23,143 bases of DNA from positions 1 through 23,143 of IMG/VR virus record IMGVR_UViG_3300025174_000536; one strand, 5' to 3'. Positions 15,914-23,076 of this stretch are shown here, one piece after another. Numbering within the stretch: position 1 is the stretch's first letter; every line of letters begins with the position of its first letter. Both the position numbers and the translations under genes were made by a program. This DNA comes from a virus. Under the pieces are notes generated by a model, which was not told where the DNA came from, searched no databases, and saw only the letters and a list, made by a program, of their open reading frames with translations.

Positions 15914-17299
15914 TCATCGCCTTCCGAAGTGACTCCAGGGTGATGGTTCCTTCTTCCTGGAAGCGAACCATGCTGGAAGAGCAGCCATCTCCGCCGGCGG
16001 AGCCAGGTTTCCTAGTTGGGTCGCTCCTAATATCATATAGTAAGTTGCGTCAAGCGTATCATCATGCCTCCCGAGAGGCCATGATACCCACTCGTCCTCA
16101 AACGCTTGGAGGAACTCGGTCTTCTTGTCGGAGACCCAGACTCGGGAGAATTCGAAGAGAGGCTGCATCTGCTTCTCGAAACGATTTCCTTTCGACTTGC
16201 CTCCCGTCGTAGCGGGGAAAATCGGCAGTCTAGAATTTCTCAATAGAAGATGGTAGAACTCCTCACCCTTTCCAACGGCTTCCACGATTACAAGAACGGT
16301 GGTGGGATACATCCCAGCCCACGATCTTACTAAATGCTCTGCCTCACCCTGGGACACCTGCCCCCTATAGCCGTCTACAAGAACAACTCCGCCTCCGGGA
16401 AGTAATCTCCCAATGCTGATGGCGAAGTAGTCCTTTTCTTTCTTGATCATTTTGTCGGCGGTGGAGGCATAGTCCACTCCCATTACGACGGGCCAGGAGG
16501 GACTGATGTCCTCATAGGGATATTCATGTAACCACTCTTTCTTCAGGTTCAATCCCTTCGCTGCTTCCAAGTCTAATAGATACGCTCTAGCAAATAGTAA
16601 CTCACCCGAGAGCTTCCTCAGTTTATCAATCTCTTCAGGAGGGTATTTGTCGAGCCATAGAGGAACTCCATCTAAGAGAATGGGAGTCCTCACTACATGG
16701 AACATCTCGGTTGATTTGACGTAGGCTATCGTGTCCTTCACTGTCCAGGGCGTGCCAATTACGACGGTGATCGTGGTGGGAGTTCGGCGCGGAAAGATGG
16801 TCCCCTGCAATAAATCTTGAGTCTTACGCTGCTCTCTGTCAGAAGAGGTTGTATTCTCGTCGTCGATGTCGTCAATCAATAAGACTCCATCAGGATGTTT
16901 CCCTAGAATGCCGCGAGCAGTTCTTCCATATCCCACGAAGGAAGGACCGCTTCTGTCTGCAACCGTCCTGGTCCAGTCCCCATAAGGGACATCGGCCCGT
17001 TTAACGAAATACCCCATTGCGCCCCAGCCTGTTTCTGGATCTGGGACTACATACGGAAAACACGCTTTCCAGATGTCGTTGTGTTGGATGATCTGAGCAA
17101 TGCGAGCCGCATTCGCAGCCGCACTTTCATCGGACACCTGAATGAGCATGTTCCCTCGTTCAGGCTTCAGCCCAATCTGGTAGGCCATGAAGGTGACGAA
17201 TGTAGTGGTTTTGGTGGAACCTGCAAACGCTTCTACGAGGAGACTTCCGTGGGCCTTCTCATATAGTGCATCAATCCAGCCCCTGGCATGAGCAGGCAT
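15914..17299 (-). CDS. terL: Terminase large subunit
   Basis: Walker A-like EAFAGSTKTTT, Walker B LLIDDIDD, motif III VIGTPW, nuclease acidic motifs VMGVDYAS, IVEAVG, HDDTLDA. Frame stays open upstream to 17413, so the true start may lie upstream of 17299. Confidence 0.93.
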   Translation of the reverse strand: MPAHARGWIDALYEKAHGSLLVEAFAGSTKTTTFVTFMAYQIGLKPERGNMLIQVSDESAAANAARIAQIIQHNDIWKACFPYVVPDPETGWGAMGYFVKRADVPYGDWTRTVADRSGPSFVGYGRTARGILGKHPDGVLLIDDIDDENTTSSDREQRKTQDLLQGTIFPRRTPTTITVVIGTPWTVKDTIAYVKSTEMFHVVRTPILLDGVPLWLDKYPPEEIDKLRKLSGELLFARAYLLDLEAAKGLNLKKEWLHEYPYEDISPSWPVVMGVDYASTADKMIKKEKDYFAISIGRLLPGGGVVLVDGYRGQVSQGEAEHLVRSWAGMYPTTVLVIVEAVGKGEEFYHLLLRNSRLPIFPATTGGKSKGNRFEKQMQPLFEFSRVWVSDKKTEFLQAFEDEWVSWPLGRHDDTLDATYYMILGATQLGNLAPPAEMAALPAWFASRKKEPSPWSHFGRR

Positions 17300-17367
17300 T
17301 CTCTGGTTCTGGATGAGCGTGTAGAAAGCCTCGAACCCCTTGGGGGTGTCGGCGTGGATTTCTTGAA

Positions 17368-17502
17368 TTACCCTGGAGAGGTCAACTCGGGCCAGGGAGG
17401 GATCCCACGAGTTCTACAAGGGACTTCACTAATGAGGAATGAGCCTTCTCCGTCAGTGAAGCCAGTCATCCATTCCGAGGGAAAGGGAGGGGCGTTTCCC
17501 AT
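17368..17502 (-). pseudogene. Short ORF carrying a LAGLIDADG-like motif (possible homing endonuclease remnant)
   Basis: Hand-translated MGNAPPFPSEWMTGFTDGEGSFLISEVPCRTRGIPPWPELTSPG*; W.TGFTDGEGSF.I matches the LAGLIDADG helix but the ORF stops 24 codons after the motif's DGEG. Confidence 0.5.
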
Positions 17503-17600
17503 GTTGGAGATAGTCTAGCATGGATTTTGGTAAAACGCACACGGAGGAGGGAACCCATGTCCTCGCCGTCGGAGTAGAGGGGAACGTGGTGGGGGCTCAC
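17466..17600 (-). CDS. Possible 44-aa hypothetical peptide
   Basis: VSPHHVPLYSDGEDMGSLLRVRFTKIHARLSPTWETPLPFPRNG; GTGA overlap with the upstream stop and ATGA overlap with the MTGFTDGEG ORF. Confidence 0.35.
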   Translation of the reverse strand: MSPHHVPLYSDGEDMGSLLRVRFTKIHARLSPTWETPLPFPRNG

Positions 17601-18217
17601 GCCTCCGCTTCGGTGTCTGTCTCTCGTACCACGCCTTCCACCACCTCACCCAGCAGACCTAGCTCTACCAACCTGCCAGCTGCCAACCCATCTAGGTGGA
17701 CGTTGACCTGGAGAGCTTGCACTGTCCCTGCCTTATCAGCTTGAAGGAAGTCTGTCGCTCTTCCCACGAACTCCGCTGCTCTCACACTATGGGACATCTC
17801 CGGTGACATCGCTGCTTCTGCCTGCTTCTCGACTACGAACCCCCAGGCTTCAGCTGGAAGTTTGGGTGACAAGGGAGAGAGTGATGCAGCAGCACGCATG
17901 AGACCAGCCTCTGCCTCTGCTTGTGCCAGTCGTTTGCGTTCGGCCTGCTTCTCCTCTTTCAGAATGTTCAGGCCCTGGGCCACCGTAGAGCGGGTTATCT
18001 CATGCGCTTGACCATTACCATTACCATTAGCCTTATGACCTGCTTTACTGCCCCTTGATAGAGCGGCCCTTATGGCTTCAGTAGCTTTAGGGTGGCGCTC
18101 TGCTAAGCCCCGATAGGCTTTACCCTTGCTATTCCCCTTTGCCCAACGCCTGTACTCTATGCCATCTGAGGCCCATATCTCATAGTCGCCTTCGGTTCTT
18201 AGGTGTTGATCTGGCAT
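17597..18217 (-). CDS. Candidate terminase small subunit
   Basis: First gene of the packaging operon, upstream of terL; basic N-terminus, central helical region, C-terminal QALQVNVHL beta-strand-like segment. Positional inference. Confidence 0.6.
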   Translation of the reverse strand: MPDQHLRTEGDYEIWASDGIEYRRWAKGNSKGKAYRGLAERHPKATEAIRAALSRGSKAGHKANGNGNGQAHEITRSTVAQGLNILKEEKQAERKRLAQAEAEAGLMRAAASLSPLSPKLPAEAWGFVVEKQAEAAMSPEMSHSVRAAEFVGRATDFLQADKAGTVQALQVNVHLDGLAAGRLVELGLLGEVVEGVVRETDTEAEA

Positions 18218-18223
18218 GCTCTT

Positions 18224-18232
18224 ATGGTAGCA
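18224..18232 (-). promoter_or_regulatory. Extended -10 promoter for a probable leaderless late transcript
   Basis: TG-C-TACCAT followed by exactly 6 nt and then the ATG at 18217; no SD and no consensus -35. Confidence 0.55.
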
Positions 18233-18305
18233 CAGGAATGGGTGCGCCGCACCGTTCTACCATTCCGCCAAAATACGAACGCCAGATTAGAGAACGCCCA
18301 AAAGC

Positions 18306-18334
18306 TTGACTTATAGTGTGCGATAGTGTACAGT
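18306..18334 (+). promoter_or_regulatory. Sigma70-like early promoter
   Basis: TTGACT-N17-TACAGT, followed by GAGGAG SD and ATG at 18356. Confidence 0.75.
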
Positions 18335-18355
18335 ATTCACAGAGAGGAGAACACC

Positions 18356-18577
18356 ATGAACCGTCTTCCCTGGAATGAAAAGGTCCCAATGCTCAGTATC
18401 AATCCGCAGGCCGCCAATCCTAGTGACATTGCTCGCCTAGCCTCAGAACTTATGGAGGCCCGTCACACTCTTGACCGCATCGCAGGGCACGCGAGCGCAG
18501 GAGCAATGTCCTCATTCCTGGGTGCGCATACGAAATGCGAGATTGTGCGAGACTTGGCACGAAAGGCCCTTGCCTAG
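18356..18577 (+). CDS. Hypothetical early protein (73 aa)
   Basis: GAGGAG SD before ATG 18356 (the ORF-track start at 18326 overlaps the promoter). Confidence 0.75.
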   Translation: MNRLPWNEKVPMLSINPQAANPSDIARLASELMEARHTLDRIAGHASAGAMSSFLGAHTKCEIVRDLARKALA

Positions 18578-18586
18578 CTCGGCCCT

Positions 18587-18620
18587 CCCGCCTGCTTCCA
18601 AATTCATTGGAGGCAGGAAG
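18587..18620 (+). repeat. Intergenic hairpin motif, copy 1
   Basis: CCTGCTTCCAA-ATTCA-TTGGAGGCAGG 11-bp stem; shares CCCGCCTGC...ATTCAT...GCAGGAAG with 19086-19118. Confidence 0.7.
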
Positions 18621-18653
18621 GATACGCCGATCCACCAATAGGAGAGTGACGCA

Positions 18654-19076
18654 ATGAACGCCAAGCAGTCCTCCGAACAGGAAGCCCGTCAGTGTCTATC
18701 CAAGATGGTCAAACCAGGAGATACCGTATACACGATTCTTCGACACGTCAGCAGATCGGGAATGACTCGGGTTATCGACTTGGTTCTAATGCCAGAACGA
18801 GGTACAGAGGAGACTGGCCCCATCAGCATTTCAGGCTGGGCCTCCCAGCTCCTAGACATGCCCCTTGACCGTAACCGCTGGGGCGTCAAGATCGGCGGCT
18901 GTGGCATGGACATGGGATTTGCCTTGGTCTATGACCTGTCCTATCGCCTGTTCAAGGATGGGTTTGAGTGCATCGGCGAGGATTGCCCTGCCAATGACCA
19001 CAACAACGGTGACAGAGACTACACGCCTCACAAGCACAGCGACCCCGGCTATGCCCTAAGCCAGCGCTGGCTCTAA
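18654..19076 (+). CDS. Conserved-looking phage hypothetical protein with Cys/His-rich C-terminus
   Basis: Motifs VYTILRHVSRSGMTR, GCGMDMGFALVYDLS, C-x4-C-x3-DH...H.H.D.GYAL; GGAG SD. Confidence 0.8.
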   Translation: MNAKQSSEQEARQCLSKMVKPGDTVYTILRHVSRSGMTRVIDLVLMPERGTEETGPISISGWASQLLDMPLDRNRWGVKIGGCGMDMGFALVYDLSYRLFKDGFECIGEDCPANDHNNGDRDYTPHKHSDPGYALSQRWL

Positions 19077-19085
19077 CTCAGTAGG

Positions 19086-19118
19086 CCCGCCTGCGCCTCA
19101 TTCATGGGACGCAGGAAG
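19086..19118 (+). repeat. Intergenic hairpin motif, copy 2
   Basis: CCTGCG...ATTCAT...CGCAGG; same flanks as copy 1. Confidence 0.7.
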
Positions 19119-19163
19119 CCTAGACCGAGGACAACCCAATGTCTCAGCACCAAGGAGACTGAC

Positions 19164-19409
19164 ATGAAACCCTTTGATGAGTTACACCGCATCCAAGTCG
19201 AGCTTGATGAATTGCGCTACAGAGTCAATCTGCTTGAGGGAGACCTGATTTATGTAGCACGGCGGTCTCCGCCCTCGTATCCTGACACCGACCTCACCAT
19301 CAAGCAGACAGTCGCCCAAATCCTAGACTACCTCAATTTGAAACCCATCTTCCATCATGCCTATTGGCAACTACTCTCTGACAAGGAGAAGCCCAATGAA
19401 ACCCCTTGA
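19164..19409 (+). CDS. Hypothetical protein (81 aa)
   Basis: AAGGAG SD before ATG 19164 (MKPFDELHRIQ...). Confidence 0.75.
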   Translation: MKPFDELHRIQVELDELRYRVNLLEGDLIYVARRSPPSYPDTDLTIKQTVAQILDYLNLKPIFHHAYWQLLSDKEKPNETP

Positions 19410-19608
19410 TGAACGCATGCGCGAAACCGCAAAAGCCCAACTACGCCCCCCTGCCCTCTGGAATGACATCCGACGCTGGGCCGATCAAGTCACCTCGCTC
19501 CTGATTGCCAACGAGGAACTGACTAAGCAGAACCAGGAACTGTGCGACCAACTGAACGGGCAGTATTGGGTTCAAGCTAAGGAGGAGCTTCGTGAGCTCC
19601 CCTTCTAG
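19396..19608 (+). CDS. Hypothetical coiled-coil protein (70 aa)
   Basis: AAGGAG SD before ATG 19396 (MKPLDERMRE...). Confidence 0.75.
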   Translation: MKPLDERMRETAKAQLRPPALWNDIRRWADQVTSLLIANEELTKQNQELCDQLNGQYWVQAKEELRELPF

Positions 19609-19669
19609 GCAGATCCTCATTATCTGGGCTGCCATCATCATCTTTGGGCTAATTGACGCTTCTGGCTAA
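19592..19669 (+). CDS. Possible 25-aa hydrophobic peptide
   Basis: GTG after GGAGGAG; VSSPSRQILIIWAAIIIFGLIDASG. Confidence 0.35.
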   Translation: MSSPSRQILIIWAAIIIFGLIDASG

Positions 19670-19711
19670 TCCAACCTTGAACCAAGCTACGTCCTGCGAA
19701 GGAGAAAGAAT

Positions 19712-19960
19712 ATGAGCCGCGTAAGTGACGTTCTAGAACCTCTCCACATGTCTTTGCAAGAACGCATGGCAGTCCTATCGTTCGTTAGCAAGTCATTAGA
19801 ACTCTTAGAACGGAACGATCTACCACCATCGAACTACATAGATCTTGAACAATGGCGGGCATTGGGAAAACTGGCGCGAGATGTGCTTATGCGTTTAGAC
19901 GAGGCGTGGCCCACCTTGCTACCGATGCCTCACGACGGCATACGCTGGTCCGAACGATGA
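19712..19960 (+). CDS. Hypothetical protein (82 aa)
   Basis: AAGGAG SD; co-directional early gene run. Confidence 0.7.
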   Translation: MSRVSDVLEPLHMSLQERMAVLSFVSKSLELLERNDLPPSNYIDLEQWRALGKLARDVLMRLDEAWPTLLPMPHDGIRWSER

Positions 19961-19972
19961 AAGGCGAATGAC

Positions 19973-20224
19973 ATGACCCCAGACGTCCCGCACCAGTGGA
20001 TTCTTGACAAGCTGACTGCCCTCTGCCTCTTGGGTGAAATGGACAAAGAGGAAGTGGAGAGAATCCATGTCCTGTTTCTCCAACGCTTCCCGGATGAAGT
20101 GGCAGCGATGAAGCAGAAGCTAGCCATCTACGAGCGCTACACCAAGCCTATCCAGCAGATTTCAAAGCTGATGGACCTCGAACAGCAAGGGGATAACTAC
20201 ATCACGGAGTCAGCTCGTGAGTAG
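19973..20224 (+). CDS. Hypothetical protein (83 aa)
   Basis: Co-directional, overlaps next gene by 8 nt. Confidence 0.7.
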   Translation: MTPDVPHQWILDKLTALCLLGEMDKEEVERIHVLFLQRFPDEVAAMKQKLAIYERYTKPIQQISKLMDLEQQGDNYITESARE

Positions 20225-20432
20225 CTTCACCGCCAAGTTCCCCGGCCGCTGCGGTATCTGCCATATGCGTATCCGCAAAGGAGATGCAGTCCTTTGGATA
20301 TCGCCTACCACTGTTGAAGTGTTCGTCCCCTATGACCACGAGAAGCAGCGAGGGGGATGGACGCAGCAAGTTCCTACCAAACTGGCGCACGCATCTTGTC
20401 AGCGCATCATGGAAGGGAAACTAGATGACTAG
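20217..20432 (+). CDS. Small putative zinc-binding protein
   Basis: AKFPGRCGICH...IRKGD...HASC pattern (CxxC plus HxxC); GTG start with GGAG SD. Confidence 0.7.
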   Translation: MSSFTAKFPGRCGICHMRIRKGDAVLWISPTTVEVFVPYDHEKQRGGWTQQVPTKLAHASCQRIMEGKLDD

Positions 20433-20562
20433 GCTAGATGTCCTACTCATAGCTATTGGGTTCATCTGGCTGTGGTTTAGCGGCAAGTACATCGGCTGGA
20501 TGATCTCCTATTTTGTTGGGGGTCCACTCGGCTCGATAGAAAAGGAATGGACAGATGAATGA
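20425..20562 (+). CDS. Small membrane protein (45 aa)
   Basis: Hand-translated MTRLDVLLIAIGFIWLWFSGKYIGWMISYFVGGPLGSIEKEWTDE; overlaps both neighbours by 8 nt. Confidence 0.65.
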   Translation: MTRLDVLLIAIGFIWLWFSGKYIGWMISYFVGGPLGSIEKEWTDE

Positions 20563-20830
20563 TCCGTGGGAAGGAATCCGCCACACGCTATCGGTAATGC
20601 CGGCACAGTGGCTAATCCCAGATCCAATCATGCGGTTTCTGATGGCTGATGGCAAGAAGCTATTGGCCGACGCCGATGCGCTGCGGGAATTCCAGAAAGA
20701 AGCGCACTGGCTATTCGGCCATGAGCCACCCGATGATCTTGGAGCCTATACCCACGCATCAAGAAAGACTTGGATTGCTAGACGTGACGCCATGTTCGCT
20801 GCTCTCCCACCTTATCTGAAAGGCGAATGA
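20555..20830 (+). CDS. Hypothetical protein (91 aa)
   Basis: Co-directional, coupled to neighbours. Confidence 0.65.
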   Translation: MNDPWEGIRHTLSVMPAQWLIPDPIMRFLMADGKKLLADADALREFQKEAHWLFGHEPPDDLGAYTHASRKTWIARRDAMFAALPPYLKGE

Positions 20831-20831
20831 C

Positions 20832-21020
20832 ATGAACGACCGAGTGAATATCATTCTGACGCCCGACGAATATGGCGATGGGACCAAAACGCATAGCGTC
20901 ACAGTACACCTCGATGGCATTCCAATAAGTGATGCCGATGGCCCAACGCTTGAGTATGCATTACTCCAACTCGTCGAAAACCTCGCCATACAAATATCTC
21001 TCTTGGAGAAGAAACCATGA
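20832..21020 (+). CDS. Hypothetical protein (62 aa)
   Basis: Co-directional, ATGA overlap with next gene. Confidence 0.65.
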   Translation: MNDRVNIILTPDEYGDGTKTHSVTVHLDGIPISDADGPTLEYALLQLVENLAIQISLLEKKP

Positions 21021-22099
21021 ACGAGGAATCTACCGACATCGTAGCTGTCCCCAACCCGCACGCGCTGATGCCCGTTATGGACATCCGACTAGCCAAGGAA
21101 CGCTATCAAGCCTTGGTGGAGTTCGTCAAAGGCATCATGGTGGAGGATAAGGACTTTGGCCCACCGTTTGATAGCTCTGATAAGAACGTCCTCCTGAAGC
21201 CTGGGGCCGAGAAACTCCTATCGTTCTTCGGCCTCACCCCGGTGCTTGTGGATGAGCGGGTTCTGGAGGATGACAGCGACCCTCTTCACCCCTATTACTT
21301 CTATCGCCGCAAGTGCCAACTCTACCGCGGGGATAGGCTAGTAGGCGAAGGCTCAGGCTCCTGCAATTCCAGGGAATCCAAATACCGATGGCGAGAGGCC
21401 AAGCGGAAGTGCCCAAACTGCGGCATGGAAACCATCCGAAGCAGCAAGGCCGAGTTCGGAGGCGGGTGGTATTGCTGGGCCAAGATAGGAGGATGTGGCG
21501 CGAAGTTTGCCCATGAGACTCCAGCTATTCTCAATCAGACCGTGGGGCTGGTGGAGAACCCCGACATCGCAGATATAGCCAACACGGTCCTCAAGATGGC
21601 AGACAAGCGAGCCATCATCGCCGCTACCCTAATCGCCTGTAACGCCTCAGAGTTCTTCACTCAGGACATCGAGGCAGATCAGGTCGTCGAAGGGACAGTG
21701 AAAGAGACCAACCCAAAAGCCCAGACCATACCTCAACGCTCGACGACTGGTACAGCGAGCATTTTGTCCCAGACGGATACGACTCTTACAACGCAATCTG
21801 GCGCTAGGCAGAAGAACCAATGGCCCGATGCCCAGGACATCATCAAAACCTTGGTGCGAGACGGGTTCATCGACGCCGCTGAACATGCAGTGGGCATCCT
21901 GAACCATTCTGTCTTCATGAACATCCCGCAAGGGAACCTGGAGCTGTACGACATCGCCGTCTATCTTTGCGGCTATCAGACATGGCCACAGACCTGGACC
22001 ACAGAGGATAAGGCAACCGCCACCAACAATCAGTACCTAGCCGGTGCCCCGAAAGAGTGGGAAGACGCCGCCAAGCATATCCTGGGGATGAAACTATGA
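21017..22099 (+). CDS. Probable phage single-strand annealing/recombination protein with inserted zinc ribbon
   Basis: LLKPGAEKLLSFFGL, GEGSGSCNSRESKY, NTVLKMADKRAIIAATL, ASEFFTQDIE resemble phage SSAP-type proteins; CPNCG...C-x5-C insert; low-complexity linker then C-terminal domain. Exact subfamily not assignable by eye. Confidence 0.65.
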   Translation: MNEESTDIVAVPNPHALMPVMDIRLAKERYQALVEFVKGIMVEDKDFGPPFDSSDKNVLLKPGAEKLLSFFGLTPVLVDERVLEDDSDPLHPYYFYRRKCQLYRGDRLVGEGSGSCNSRESKYRWREAKRKCPNCGMETIRSSKAEFGGGWYCWAKIGGCGAKFAHETPAILNQTVGLVENPDIADIANTVLKMADKRAIIAATLIACNASEFFTQDIEADQVVEGTVKETNPKAQTIPQRSTTGTASILSQTDTTLTTQSGARQKNQWPDAQDIIKTLVRDGFIDAAEHAVGILNHSVFMNIPQGNLELYDIAVYLCGYQTWPQTWTTEDKATATNNQYLAGAPKEWEDAAKHILGMKL

Positions 22100-22302
22100 G
22101 ACTCAAACGCAAACACAGCGTCAATTCATGCCCGTGTTGCCGTCGCAAGCCCATCCATGCCCACGCCATAGCTTGGCCGTTACTTGACCTAGATGGCGAG
22201 TATGGCTGGGACCTGAAGCTTGAATGTCCCAAACATGGCTGGCAAGACAAGGGTAGTGGATGGTACACAGAGGAACTTGTCGAGGCTGGACTGAAACCTT
22301 GA
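22096..22302 (+). CDS. Small Cys-rich hypothetical protein (68 aa)
   Basis: ATGA overlap; CPCC...CPKH possible zinc ligands. Confidence 0.65.
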   Translation: MRLKRKHSVNSCPCCRRKPIHAHAIAWPLLDLDGEYGWDLKLECPKHGWQDKGSGWYTEELVEAGLKP

Positions 22303-22496
22303 CCACCAATGGCCGCAAACGCCGCCTCGGAATGTCTGCGGAAGGACGGAGGATTCTACAGATGCGGAATGAGGAGATATTTCGTCAATGGAACGAACTG
22401 GGGAAATCCTATGGCACGTTGGCCGCAGAGTTCAACCTAACTCGCTCCGCCATTCAGAAAATAGTGGAGCAGCAACGGAAAGGGAAGGCTCAGTAG
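22299..22496 (+). CDS. Small HTH protein, Mor-activator-like C-terminal domain
   Basis: TTGA overlap; RNEEIFRQWNELGKSYGTLAAEFNLTRSAIQKIV matches the Mor/CdaR-type R(N/D)..I......s...LA..y.Ls...I..Iv pattern. Confidence 0.7.
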   Translation: MTTNGRKRRLGMSAEGRRILQMRNEEIFRQWNELGKSYGTLAAEFNLTRSAIQKIVEQQRKGKAQ

Positions 22497-22602
22497 GCTC
22501 GCCCATGCGTGTCAATCGCCATCTGCTGACGCTGGGCAGGCTTCTGGCCCCGGTGCAACCTCCAGGTTGTTCCCCTCTCAACCGGGGCCCAGGAATAATT
22601 GA

Positions 22603-23076
22603 ATGATCATTATCACGGACTCGGACCGCACTAGATTCTGGAGCAAAGTCAATTTGGGTTCCTACAAGGAGTGTTGGGATTGGAACGCAAGCCTTCAAAC
22701 GGCTGGCTATGGCCAAATATCCATCGATGGCACGCAGAGATCAGCGCACAGGATCTCTTATCTGATCACCTATGGAACGATACCAAAAGGCTTGTGCGTC
22801 TTGCATCGTTGCGATAACAAAAAGTGCGTCAATCCGCAACATCTTTTTCTCGGAACACACAAAGACAATGCCATAGATGCTGCTCGCAAGGGAAGGCTCA
22901 GCAACCGCGGTGAGACTCATCCGTCCGCTCGTCTCACTTCGGCTGATGTCTTAGCCATCCGGTCGCTTTGGCGCTTTGGGAAAGTCACCCAAAAACAAAT
23001 AGCCGATCAATTCCTAGTCACAGAAGATCATATTGGCGACATCGTCCGTCGGCGATATTGGTCCCATTTGTCATGA
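22603..23076 (+). CDS. HNH homing endonuclease with C-terminal HTH
   Basis: RFWSKV...CWDW...GYGQI...AHRISY...VLHRCDNKKCVNPQHLFLGTHKDN; C-terminal GETHPSARLT...QKQIADQFLV. Confidence 0.92.
   Translation: MIIITDSDRTRFWSKVNLGSYKECWDWNASLQTAGYGQISIDGTQRSAHRISYLITYGTIPKGLCVLHRCDNKKCVNPQHLFLGTHKDNAIDAARKGRLSNRGETHPSARLTSADVLAIRSLWRFGKVTQKQIADQFLVTEDHIGDIVRRRYWSHLS

Noticed and set aside
15914-17299. Intein or intron within terL
   Set aside because: ATPase and nuclease motifs are contiguous at normal spacing; no C/S...HN intein ends seen.
18010-18030. ACCATT tandem microrepeat
   Set aside because: Simply encodes NGNGNG in a linker of the candidate small terminase.
22506-22606. 33-aa ORF MRVNRHLL... 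before the HNH gene
   Set aside because: No SD; overlaps a strong hairpin; no supporting composition.
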